NCBI GenBank assembly: GCA_977862235.1
Contig: OZ374564.1
Coordinates: 1,612,001-1,676,000, forward strand
Length of the DNA: 64,000 bases
Source of the DNA: Dudresnaya verticillata
Taxonomy: Eukaryota
Direction of reading: 5' to 3'
Shown: one piece after another, positions 22,624-34,334 of the stretch
Numbering within the stretch: position 1 is the stretch's first letter
How the letters are laid out: every line of letters starts with the position of its first letter
Notes under the pieces: generated by a model
Database searches by the model: none
What the model saw: the letters and a program-made list of their open reading frames with translations, nothing else
Told to the model about the DNA's origin: nothing
Made by a program: the position numbers and the translations under genes

Positions 22624-24382
22624 CTCTATCCTTGATGGCAAACATATCAAAGTATATCGACAAATGATATACAGTCTATATGTGCATCACGCATGTTACA
22701 TAATGATACCTTTCTGAAACGACGATCTTCTGGTGCCATGCCCACTCTTAAAACAACATTATAAGATCTGCTTACTTGATGTAACTGATCGGTTGACTGG
22801 TTCTTCCTCAGTCTGGCTAAGAGAAATTGCCTGTTGAATGCAAACATATGTTTATTGCGACAGCTGTAACAAATTCCGGATAAAGAAGAAGACGGAGAAA
22901 CGGAAAAGCAGGACGGCGGTGGTTCCGTCACCGTGGCGGCCGGAGGCGACCGAAGGAGCATCGAATTGTGCGGTGCAATGCACAAGGTACCGTCGCCGTG
23001 CTGTGTACAATATATAGCATAGCGGCTTCTGGCACTGTCCGAGTGCAGGTACTTCTCTTTCCCTACAGGCTCCCTTTCTAGGACTGCATTTGTCTGATTG
23101 CCCCACTTTCCCACTTCCGGGAGTACTCCTTATCGAGCTGTGCCACTCAGGTGTTACAACAGAGCCTCTGCTGAAATCTATGCCCTAACCGTCCGCTTTG
23201 GGAGTCATCTCCTTCGATACCATGCTTTAGCTACCCCATGGCGTTGTCTTTTGCTGATTTAGTTTGCTGATTTAGTTCCTAGGGCTTCGTAAAGCCTCTT
23301 TCATCTGCTTTGAAAAGGAAATGACTACTTTTATTGTTGCAGAAGAAGAGTAGTCGCATGCAATGACTAACAACAAACAGCAAGAATGCTCAACAGAAAT
23401 GATGGAAACGAAGGAAGGACTTGAAGTCGAGAAAGATGAAGGGTGGGTGGGCGGGAGAACGAAGGAAAGAACTTAGGGGAGACGGAGGGGTTGTCTAAGC
23501 TGGACTGTAGTGCTTATATCCCCTCCAGAGCCTCTAAATTTGGTAACACCATATGGTTCAGCCCCAAACAGTGCAGTGCCAAATATAGTGCTAAAAGTTG
23601 CACAGACCCGTAGAAACCCCTTTCGGGTAGATGTTGTATAGGGTTGTTGCTGCTTCAGGACGCTCGGCAGGGCTCGCTATCCCCAGTAAGGTCTTTTCAC
23701 CAGTGTAGACGCATCGAGACACAAACTGAAAAAGGTCCCCCAAATATACACCTATCCCTCTTATTCAGAGGTACCAGGACAAAAATATGCGTAGCACAGA
23801 AGATGCAGTGTACAAAAATGTCAACATTTGCAACACTCCCGCACATCCCGACTCGGTGACTGGTCTGCATCATGGAACTGTTCTAAAAGGTGTATCACCT
23901 CGGCTTTTAAGGCCGTGGCTATGAGACCTTACTTTAGGGTTTCTAAGAGCGTTGGGTCGATGATGCTGGACCTATCGCAAATAGCGGAAAAGAGATTAAT
24001 GGCCTGCTCTTGAAACTATTAGACATGCAAGAAGGTGGGTCGTGAGAGCAATACTGGTCTCGGCCGGGCAAGTGCCTTGGATTTCTGATACTTACCGGCC
24101 GATCACACGAGGGATGTAAATGGCAAAGGAACTACTGAGGGAAGGGGAACCGACGAGCACGGCATGGCTTGACTCTAGACCTCAAGCTGGGAAGTCCAAC
24201 GTTTGTAAACTAAGTTACCAGAGACGAGATCTTTGAAACGTGACCCTGCCATTGCTTACCTCTTGTGTTGGCAATCAATCGCCGTCGTCTTGCCATTCAG
24301 GTAGGTCCTTGAGTAGACCGGGCGACCTAGCGCCCTTTGAACCCTACCATAAAGTTCCCATCTCCCTTGCGTCTTGTGCCAT

Positions 24383-26698
24383 CTAGAAGTTGGTCCTAAG
24401 GATGCGATACACAAGTTTTTCAGAAGGGAAGTCCATGATCACGATGCCCGTGACGACCCTACCGGTGTAGCGACCAATTTGAAAGTAGGCAAACAAATTC
24501 ATCTGCTTGGCGACACTCTTAGGCGTATATTTGACAATTCTAGCCCCGCCACCCACAGCAGAAAGGTGGTTCATGACTAGTTTTGAAGATGTTTTAGCCT
24601 TTTGCAAGAATGTTCGAATATGCACTTTCTTCACACCCGTCGAGATAGAGCCTGAGGAAGTGCTTATGGCTCGAATGAGGCCTTTGATCTTAAAGTAGTC
24701 CTGAACATCCGTATCTGGGCTGTCGAACGCAATTCCATAGCTTGAGTCTATCCCACTGTTATCCCTTAGGACCAAAATCCTACCCCGCAGCTCCCCGAGC
24801 GTCGGGATTCGGCCGTTGACGTTTTTCGCAAACAAAGAACCGTACCTTCTCATGTAACTGTTCCAAATATATGTAAAGGACTGGCTACCGGTCCCTGGTG
24901 TATGCTCTTCTTTCACTCGCATCAAAACAGTCTCACGGGGGTGCGAGCGTAGGAAAGCGGCTACCTGGTTCACGACATCACCAAACATGATATTCTGGAA
25001 GCAAGCCCCATGGTGAATGGCGAAGAATGTCCCCATTCTTCGACAACGAATGTCAAAGTAACGAATTCCGGCCTGCAACTGCTTCTCCAGTGTCCAAGAG
25101 TTCGTTTCGCAAAAGACACCTCCAAACCGGGCTGCGGAGTCGTGCGTGCCTGGAATAGATATCCTATTGATCTGTGTGCCATCTGGAAGCTTGGCCATCC
25201 AGCTGCGGGAAGCCCAAACAACCCACGGCTTCGGTGACCCGTCGTTCGACCACGTTCTTCCGTAAATCCCATCCGGCATTAAGTGGCGGAAGCCTTCCAT
25301 CTCGCCTGGGACTGTAGGGTCATAATCAACACGAACACAGGTTAGGTGAATGTCGTCGCAATAAGAGCCACGGCAATGAATAGCCCAGACGTAGTAACCG
25401 TCGGGACAGAAACCTTCCCCTTGTTCTTCAGAAAACCAGCTGACATAGCGTCGGTCTCTGTTGTCCACACGGTAACCTTTGGCCAAACGGCCGCACTGCA
25501 GACGCATGTCGTCACAGTATCTTCCCCTACATTGGATTTCGTTGACAACCATATCTCTGGGACACGAAGCGCTGGACGGGTTTCCATCCGTGAACCAGTG
25601 AGTAAAATGGTTAGCATACACGACAGCGATGTCGTCATCTCGCTGCACTGTGATAAGCTGCATGTCATCGCAATAGCGCCCATAACATGCAATCCCAGCA
25701 ACAGGGCCGACCATGCGGAACGAATAGCCACCGTATTCCCCGTCGGTGAACCAACGCGAGCGGACAACACGGTTTCCGTTGCTTGTGAAGCTTCGCCATG
25801 GCGAGAACGTGGGCAATGGGAGATACTCGACGCGAGCACAGTTCAGCTTTAGGTCGTCGCAGTACCTTCCGCGACACGCCATACCCCAAAAGTAGTAGCC
25901 ATCTGGGCAGAGGCGTTCGCCCTGTTCCTCGGAAAACCAGTTGACCTGCCGAATTTGGCCAGTATTGACACGGTACCTGGACTCGAGCCTGCCGCACTGC
26001 AGACGAATATTGTCGCAGCGGCTACCCCGACACTGCATTTCGTTTACCAGCATATCTCTGGGACAGTTAGCCCAGGACGGGCTCTCCTCAGAAATCCAGC
26101 GGGTCCAATGCGCCGAGTTGGCTATGATTCGCGTGGAAGGACCGTCCCGGACGGTGACGAGGCGTTTGTTGTCACAGTATCTGCCATTACACACCAGGCC
26201 GGCGATTGGAGCTGTAACGCGACCAGAGTAGCCGTTGCCTTCTTCGCTGAACCAGCGGGTGCGGTCGATGTTCTTCCCGGAGCGGGTAAAAGGGCGCCAG
26301 GAAGCTGTCGGCCGTGACATCGCCTGAAGGACGATTGCAGGGGACCTGATGATGCCACAGACAGCACCGGGCTTGTTAGAAGGCATGACGGAGCCCTCGG
26401 TAATGGATGTGTCATTCTTGAACCAGCAGGTGCCACCTTCGTACTTTGTCCAGGCGAAATGAGTACAGCCTTGGCGAGCACGACAGGCGATTGGGCATTG
26501 GGGACTCGCAACACGGGCGGAACCTATGTCATCGTTGTCGGCATTGTAGAAATCGCATCCCGTGGCCCAAGAGACGGTTGAGGAACGGTTCCAGGAGGCC
26601 TGTGAAAGGGCAAAGGGCACAGTAGCCAGTACAAAGAGGATAAGGAGCGTTAGGAGCGTGACCGGAAAGGACATGTGGAGGTAGGTCGTCGCCGGCAT
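24383..26698 (-). CDS. Secreted PAN/Apple + duplicated Cys-rich repeat + bacterial-type PI-PLC X-domain protein
   Basis: Signal peptide from MPATT (ATG 26698; TATATATA upstream). PAN motif CDF..DI..C...C....CTHFAW..GTCWFK; six CxGxxCD repeats; PI-PLC motifs SIPGTHDS, GIRYFDIR, IHHG, ETVLMRVKEE, PTLGELRGRI. Confidence 0.9.
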   Translation of the reverse strand: MPATTYLHMSFPVTLLTLLILFVLATVPFALSQASWNRSSTVSWATGCDFYNADNDDIGSARVASPQCPIACRARQGCTHFAWTKYEGGTCWFKNDTSITEGSVMPSNKPGAVCGIIRSPAIVLQAMSRPTASWRPFTRSGKNIDRTRWFSEEGNGYSGRVTAPIAGLVCNGRYCDNKRLVTVRDGPSTRIIANSAHWTRWISEESPSWANCPRDMLVNEMQCRGSRCDNIRLQCGRLESRYRVNTGQIRQVNWFSEEQGERLCPDGYYFWGMACRGRYCDDLKLNCARVEYLPLPTFSPWRSFTSNGNRVVRSRWFTDGEYGGYSFRMVGPVAGIACYGRYCDDMQLITVQRDDDIAVVYANHFTHWFTDGNPSSASCPRDMVVNEIQCRGRYCDDMRLQCGRLAKGYRVDNRDRRYVSWFSEEQGEGFCPDGYYVWAIHCRGSYCDDIHLTCVRVDYDPTVPGEMEGFRHLMPDGIYGRTWSNDGSPKPWVVWASRSWMAKLPDGTQINRISIPGTHDSAARFGGVFCETNSWTLEKQLQAGIRYFDIRCRRMGTFFAIHHGACFQNIMFGDVVNQVAAFLRSHPRETVLMRVKEEHTPGTGSQSFTYIWNSYMRRYGSLFAKNVNGRIPTLGELRGRILVLRDNSGIDSSYGIAFDSPDTDVQDYFKIKGLIRAISTSSGSISTGVKKVHIRTFLQKAKTSSKLVMNHLSAVGGGARIVKYTPKSVAKQMNLFAYFQIGRYTGRVVTGIVIMDFPSEKLVYRILRTNF

Positions 26699-29600
26699 GT
26701 TTGATTTTGGATTGGTGTTGATTCTTCGGCGAGATGCGCTCGGTTCTGTGCTATTTCGTTGATATATATATGCCCAACGATATAGACAAGAACGTGGGCT
26801 CGTTCGGGAAGGACTATTGCATGTACATGCACTGAGCATTGCAGGAGCTTTTTGAGAGCGTACCAATATCGAAGAAAGACGGAGGTGAAGTATGAACCTC
26901 CTGCGTAGGATAAAGATAGCCGTGTTGTTCAATACAATAATGTATTAATCCGTCCTCTATACAGGCCTTGGGATGCTCAATAAAGTTCCCTCTTCACTCT
27001 CTAGGGATGAAAACTTTAACACTTGCTTAGGGTAATGCAACCAGTTGCCAAGTCCTCATTTTCGATCTCTTGCAAGCCCCCCAGGATAAGAACATGTGCT
27101 TGAATAATCTCCAGTGCATACAAGCACATGGTATTGCGTTCTCCAGAGAATGCAGCTGTAAGTGCGCTGGCAGTGACGCTGTTGCCGTTTCTTTCTCAGA
27201 GTGCGGAGTATACCGTACACACTCACATAACAATACGGTCCTCATTAGCTCACAGGAGAGATGCGAAAATAAAGAAACGGTCTCGCGGTGAGCATTCTGC
27301 AGCTGATGCAGCGATGGCTGTCACGGGAAGCTCTCAATCGACATCTTTCCGGCATTCTGGATTCTCTTAAGAGTATCTACCTGCACAATAATTCCCTCTC
27401 CCACCCCGAACGAGCGCTCGATATTATTTAAGCCATAGACCACAGCCCGATTGTGTGCCCGTGAATGGTCTCTAGCCGCCTGCTGTGTGAAGGACCACTT
27501 TAAACAAATCCCCAATAAAACAAACTTTACTTTAGGCATCAGCCCACTTTTTGAAAAGAGGTATTAGCCTAAAGGATCACTTGACAGGCTACTCCTGAGC
27601 TTGTAGCGGGGAGGGGAAACGATTACGAACATTATGAAAAGTAGGCCTCTCGATATGACTCGGGCATGACTAAGCGGCACTGTGGCTTGCGTTTAAATTC
27701 ATGCGTCGACTAACGTTCACTTAGGTAGAACGTAGAAAAGAACTAAAACTTTGAGGCCAATAGCGAAGGAGAGCTTCTCGGAAACGGGAGATGTGCCTTT
27801 CCTGGCAGCGAGAAAGGTAGCAATTGCTACAGCAATGCGTTAGATACCGGAGTCACACCCAGAACTAATGCCTTCTTCATAGGCGTCATTGAACCCGGGG
27901 ACGTGATTCAGTGCCAAAGGTTGCACATATGCGTTGATTGAGAGCGCAAAGCGTTTTGCATGCTCAAAAGAGGCAATAGGTAATCAATAGCTCCGAAGTA
28001 TGACCTAGAGCCTGTAGCAGAGAGAAATTGGTTCTCGCATGTGAAAATATGTCTACTATTGAATGTTAACGGCGTAAGAGCGTCGGCCTAACGGCTATAA
28101 GTTTACGAACAGTAGTAGTTTGTGCTAGTCTGAATAACTGCAGACAATCGTGAGAATGAATGTCTCAGGCAAGGTTAGTTTTTAAACGCTGAATGTATGA
28201 AGCACACCTATTTTCTTAGAACTTGATCAGTGGTTTGTTACGTGCATCCCTTTTGGATCGCGCAAATCAACTACACCGCAGCTTACCAGGTATACATATG
28301 TATATAAACTAATAAGCCATACGGGACCGTACACAGCTACAAACTGTGCTTTAATCATATAGATGAAGAGGACCGGGTCTATTGTCATTACTACATCTGC
28401 GGTCAGCAATTGTTGAAATGATTAACTAAGAAAGTATTTCGGGCAGTACAACTACTGACCTCGGCAGTCCATTGTGTTGTATATAATATGTTGGCCTTGA
28501 CAGTGCTGTCAACAGCAGGAAGAAATAAAATCGCAATGCTATGGACGAGGTCAGAGACATATCGGGGGAAGGACCGATACCCAAATTCCAATTGGTAAGC
28601 CTCTCTCGAGGGCTTACGGAAAACCAGTTTTAAGACGTAGGCGGAAGGGAAGTTTGCGTGTTGTGAACCAACGTTTAGCACAGCGCATTCCAGAACTAAA
28701 ACAAGATATGTCTTTCAAAAGCAAGGAAAGCAGGCACGTAGTACTCGCCGTCTGTCTAGGTGCCGGCTGTCTTAAGGCCTTACTTACCTTAAACAAGGCA
28801 TGGAATAAATTGTATGAGAGAGCTCTTCCTATTGGCACGAAAGAAAGTTTACACATGCACACGTAGACTAGTAGATACGCCGTGTACAGCGATGGTAAAA
28901 TATTGCACTGCTTGTAAGATGAACTTCGCGAGCAAAATAGACCCATTTCTGCACCCATCCAGGAGTGGGATGGTGAAACAGGTGCAAAATCCTCCAGGCT
29001 CCAAAGTCCGTTGTTCTCAAATGGGCTACCAGCTAATCCAGTTTAGTTGGTAGAACAGGCAGATATGTTGGCTTTCTGGTAAGATTTGGGTCAAGGGCTC
29101 GGGATTCCAATGTTATGCGTATTCTACGAACGCTCTATGAGGCGGTATGTATTTCAGAATCGGCCTGGGATGGCCTTCAACTGTTTTTATACTGATATCT
29201 AGCGGGAACTAACGGGATGCACCCAAAAGGCAAGTTATGTAGTCAAGATGAATCTGGTGTGTGAAAGCAATTGTCACTATCGGAAGTGTGTTGAGGTGCC
29301 TCGGAAGCCTCTTGGGTTAGCGGAAACTTTATGTTTCATTCAGCAGTCTGTTTCATAGTTGTGCTGGACTACACCAGAGGACTGGACGCCTCTCTCGTTG
29401 TCCACTTCACTCTGGTTTTAATCATCTGCCTCGCAAGGGTTTGAACTCTCGGCTGTAAGCCCATGTTCCCTTCTAGGCACCACTCCACGTGTTTTGGACA
29501 AGCTATTGCACTACGGAAATGTACAAAACGGTCACAATATCTCCATGTATGTGGCTGCCTGGGTATGGAGTTCTACCGCAAGGTTGTCGACATTTATGTT

Positions 29601-29775
29601 CGAGTTAGCTCTGGGTTTGAACTTGGCGTGCAACGCATGGGAAACGTCCTTGTGTGGATTTACACTTGCGGTGAAGAAGAGTACCTCTCTTGAGTCTGAA
29701 AAGCTTAGCCTTTGCACCCACCTTACATCTTTTTTGCCTTAATGCGCGTCGAATAGTGTTAACCATCGCAATCTT

Positions 29776-29811
29776 TCGCCTCCCTCTGACACAGGAGTCA
29801 GAGGGAGGCGA
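29776..29811. repeat. Perfect 15-bp hairpin
   Basis: TCGCCTCCCTCTGAC acagga GTCAGAGGGAGGCGA. Confidence 0.9.
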
Positions 29812-30797
29812 TTAATGTTATGCCCCCTTTCCTCTGAGGATACCCATCACGTCTACCAAGCGTCAATATCTATATATTTTGGTAATTGCAAGAAACGAGA
29901 TAGGTATTTGCAATGCTGTAAATGCTGTAGTCGTTCTAATTCTGAATCTTGCGATTAAAGGGATGCTTGCTTGCTAACTGGTTGTTTAAAGAAAATTTTC
30001 AATGCGCCGTGCACGTTGTATGGCGTCTCACATATTCACACAGATTGAGAGGTTTGGGGGAACTATAAAGCTACAAGGGCAGTAAGCAGGATGCATTGGT
30101 GGCTAGAAAATTGAACAGGTTCCTCACTTCCAGTCACACGAGGAGTAGACTTCTTGAAAAGGACCTATGCAAGGCTTTAAGAGGACCACGGCTTCATCGC
30201 CGTCCCTCGGGCGGTAGTTCGACTAGAGCAAGAAATATTGCTCTGACAGCAAGGACAACTAAAACCAAGATAGAACGGACACTTTACTCAGGATTCCGGT
30301 GCACTTCTTAAAACTAGTAGAGAGTAAAACCTTTATTCAAGACTACACTTTGAAATATTTCGTAAAGTGTAGTCCTCTTTGTTCAAGAGTAGACAATAGA
30401 TAGTATCCCAAAATAACATGCTTCTGTACCTTTGTATCATATATAAAGTTGTGATGATGATGATGTATCATGAAGAACAAATAATGCTGCGCACAAATCT
30501 GAGTGTATTGATGGTCCTCAGAGAGGACCATCAATACACATGCTCCCGAGAAAAAAGGATACCAACTCCCAATTGTGCATAGGTGACTGACCTTCCTTTC
30601 GAAGGAGAGTGTTGAGTATCTCTTTGCAAACACGGACTTTGAGTATCAAGCCAGCGGTCGAAAAGTCGTTCAACGTACCACTAACCTAACGAATCGTTTG
30701 GCTGTTATATGAGGCTGCTACTAAAAAAATGAATTGTCTATCGAATATGAATGTGAATATATATATATAATATGTGTGTTTGTGTATGTATGTATGA

Positions 30798-30800
<3 letters not shown>

Positions 30801-30847
<47 letters not shown>
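30801..30847. repeat. (TG)n microsatellite
   Basis: About 23 TG units. Confidence 0.95.
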
Positions 30848-30848
<1 letters not shown>

Positions 30849-30995
30849 GATATATTATGCTGGGTCGGTCTTTTACGATCCTTCACTTAAAGCGTCACTC
30901 AGAACCTATTTATTTCGAGCACAGAACGAGAGTATCATAGACGTCCAGTTTGTCCAGGCCTTCCAGTAGTCATCAGCGGGTAAGTCATTAGGGTT

Positions 30996-31173
30996 TGTCG
31001 ATACCTACTGAGGTAGGATCTTAAGTAGGGAGCATTACAGCACTGCACCAAGCAAAGCCACAAGCAAGTAAGTGGCAATAGCTTATTGGTTTCTTTTTAC
31101 TTGGTCTGTCATGGAGGTCATGGGATCGAGTCCTGCGGGTGCCTGCTCGTGCGAAGCTGGAGAGTACTCTACA
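30996..31173 (+). mobile_element. 178-bp TG..CA element (solo-LTR-like) with 4-bp TSD GGTT
   Basis: TGTCGA...TCTACA termini, GGTT on both sides, homologous copies at 47017 and 58683. Confidence 0.8.
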
Positions 31174-31722
31174 GGTTTCCCGCAGATAATCTTGCTTCAA
31201 TTCCGGACAAAGGGTAGAATTCGTTTTCTCGACCTGATTTTGAACACGGCGCCTTCGTCAAGTTCGGTGGCAGTACGAGTACGGGCTAACACACTACGCA
31301 TATTGAAGTGTATGAAGCGGTATAGATAACATGCGGGGAGCGAAAACAGTCTGGAAACCGATACAAAAAATCGATACGACGATGGTCATTGATTCATTCG
31401 CCCTGTTGAGCCACCGTATCCGGGATGGGGAGAGGATCAAGGGCGAGAGAAGGCCGCATTTTTCTGGCATAGTTCGCGTATGCATAACAGAAAATTGTAT
31501 TGCTACAGTTGCTTCTGATTGTACATCCCCAGTGGATTTCTAACCCCATACACAGCTGTAGCCTACTCTAGTATTGCAATCCACCGCTATCTGTATGAGA
31601 TCGCTAGATGTTCTGGTATGACCAACAACTGTATTGTAACGCAACAAGTTGGTATTGCAACAAATGCAATATGCAGTATATAAGAAACTAAAAGGGCAGA
31701 TGAGAATGGACTGCTCGGCAGT

Positions 31723-31801
31723 GAAGAACGTACCAAGATTTACTGCAGAATGTACCAAGATCTTCCAAAGAACGTACCAAGATCTACCGAAGAACGTACC
31801 A
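31723..31801. repeat. Four-copy tandem GAACGTACCAAGAT repeat, about 22 bp
   Basis: Directly visible. Confidence 0.8.
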
Positions 31802-32420
31802 TGCCACGTTGTATTGAGAATGGGTACTCAGCAAAGGCATTCAGCTTGTCATCGGCATCTGTTTCAACGTTGAAGTACGCGTTCTGCACAGTGTTGATTC
31901 TGAAGAATCGAAGCTTTCCAGATCGGACTTTAAGATCCCCGAACTTGAACCGCGCATCGAAAGCTTCCAGGAAATGTTTGCCGCGATCTTCTAAACCAAC
32001 ACCTTTTAGGTCATCCACAATTTTTGCAACGAGTAGTACTACCTGTCCTTTCTCTTTCTTATAAAAGAGCTGAGGAACATGTGCTGATTGAGTGAGTCTG
32101 AGGACAATCAGAACTTTATCAGACTGGTTATGCCATTTGGCATTTGCATTGACCAGTCCGCATGCCTGATTATCAATACTGGTAGAGGCGGAAAAGGTAC
32201 AAACAAGAAGTCGACAAAGCTCCACATGGGTGAGTCTCCCTTTAGTAAAGGATCTCAGCTCAGGGGGCTACTCATATTGTTCTGATCTGCCTGTGACCCG
32301 TCGCCTTCGAACGAGCCCTCAGAACCCAAAGCAAGAGCTTTCTTATTGTGCCACCACGGACCCAACCGTCATACGAGCTGACATGCAGTCGTCAATGTAG
32401 TGACTACTCCGTTAGATAAG
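31800..32420 (-). mobile_element. Degenerate Ty1/copia reverse transcriptase fragment
   Basis: GLVNANAKW...VPQLFY...LVAKIVDDL...FKFG matches the copia RT YGL..A...W and YVDD regions. Confidence 0.75.
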
Positions 32421-32637
32421 CCAAAAGGAAGCGAATCTGCTTGTGACCCTGCCGAGAGTTTTGGGCCGAGAATTCAGTCTTTATACTGGAAAACCTGTTG
32501 CGCCCCGCACTCATCAAGCGCATTTCATTACATACATTTAAATACTAATGACAAGTACAGTTTTGTGCAGGGACTGGTCGGACACTTCAACGCCTGAGTT
32601 GTCGAAGTGAGCTCACGCAAAATTGCATGAACTAAAC

Positions 32638-33579
32638 TTATACTGTAGCATCGCCTCTCATTACACCGTGGGAAGCTTCCCAGCAGAAGGGCAGGCTTTC
32701 CTCTTTCTCCGTGGTATCCAAAGCAACTTTTAAGAGTCCACGAAGACTGTCATACAGTGGAGTCTCCTCAAAGAGCATTGCTTCTACCTTACGGAAGTAT
32801 GCCTCCAGTTCTGTTGGCAGTCCATCACAGAGAGTTGCGAGCTGTGTCCCATTCTTACATTCACGAATCTGCTCACTCTCTTTCTTCATGTCTACACCCG
32901 TCAACGGTATCTCGCACCATGGAAGTGTACGTTTGAAAAGGTATACCAACACGTACCCCAGCGAAATTAAGTCATCTCGTCGTGATTGTGTCATCTTAAG
33001 ATGTGCGTTGACAGACGCGAAATCCGGTGTTCCAGTGAGGCCTCTCTCCTTACCTTGCGACACATGAAGGCCATTTCGAATATACGTTCGGGAAGACCCA
33101 AAGTCGATGAGGAAGATTTTGGAAGGGTCCTCCTTTCCTACAACAAAATTTGCTGGAGACACATTGCGATGGATGAAACCCTTTGCATGCACGGCCTCAA
33201 GCGTATCCATAGCCTGCAAGCCAATCTTCAAGACATCAGATACTGGAAATCCACTCTCTCGTTTCTTCAACAGGCACTCGAGGCTAGGGCCCAAGCAGTC
33301 CAAGACCATCACCTCATCCCCATTGTCGAGACCGAAGAAGTGTACCCGGGGAACACCGACGACAGCGCCTGGCCCTTCGGCGAGTTCTTTGAGAATGTTG
33401 CACTCGTCCAGCAGGAAATATTCTGGATAGTCTGCTCTCTGCACCTTAATTGCGACAGAGGAATTATCGCTTTGATCAACAGCGAAGAACACAATCCCTT
33501 GAGCGCCTTTCCCGAGACGATGACGTAGAACGAAACGCCCAGCAATTAGCTCGCCTTCCGAGTCACTCATGATTGTCAT
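32638..33579 (-). CDS. Casein kinase 1-like protein (HRD to HRN, probable pseudokinase), copy 1
   Basis: LGKGAQG, VAIK, LGPSLE, LIDFG, GTPDFASVNAH, QSRRDDLISLGY; TATAAATA about 140 nt upstream. Confidence 0.9.
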   Translation of the reverse strand: MTIMSDSEGELIAGRFVLRHRLGKGAQGIVFFAVDQSDNSSVAIKVQRADYPEYFLLDECNILKELAEGPGAVVGVPRVHFFGLDNGDEVMVLDCLGPSLECLLKKRESGFPVSDVLKIGLQAMDTLEAVHAKGFIHRNVSPANFVVGKEDPSKIFLIDFGSSRTYIRNGLHVSQGKERGLTGTPDFASVNAHLKMTQSRRDDLISLGYVLVYLFKRTLPWCEIPLTGVDMKKESEQIRECKNGTQLATLCDGLPTELEAYFRKVEAMLFEETPLYDSLRGLLKVALDTTEKEESLPFCWEASHGVMRGDATV

Positions 33580-34296
33580 AAATGATTTTTGCTTAGAAGC
33601 AGTGTTCGATATGTACGCAGGATGAGCGGGGAAGTTGCAGGGAGGAGAAAGGGGTGGGTATGTGGGTGGGCAGGGCTTGGGGATCGGCGGGAAGGGGAGT
33701 AAGGTTCAGCTATTTATACAGTGCATACACTCAAACGATATATAGTTTCCATTCCCGCCTTCCCGCCTTTGGCACGCTTGGCGTCGGAGCACTCGGCTGT
33801 TCATCAACGGGGGGTAAACGTCATCAACGGGCGGGTTTTTTTTGAATAGCAGCAACTTGAATAGAAAATCCTTAATGTGATGAACAGACGCACAACGCTG
33901 TTTTTCGTAGCTCTCACCCGCTTCTTGCTAGTGTGGCTGGATAGCAGCAAGCCAGGCACGCGGTACCCTGCGTAGTCTTTTATGTCACTCTTAACGCGGT
34001 ACGCTGTCGCCACGCACCCAACATGCGATCCAAGTAAATAGCCTCTCTCCCCGTCCAAACGGTCCCAGTAAAGTCCCACAAACTCTCTCTCTCTCTCTCT
34101 CCCTTAGCTCATTCTTAATGCGATACGCTGTCACCACGTGCCCAACATGAGATCTAAGGAACCAGCCTCGCTCCCCGTCCAAAAGGGTCCCAGTAAAATT
34201 CTACACCACGTTCCCAACATGTGATGTAAGGAACCAGCCTCGCTCCCCGTCCAAAAGGATATCAGTAAATTTCTACAAACTCTCTCCCTCACTCTC

Positions 34297-34334
<38 letters not shown>

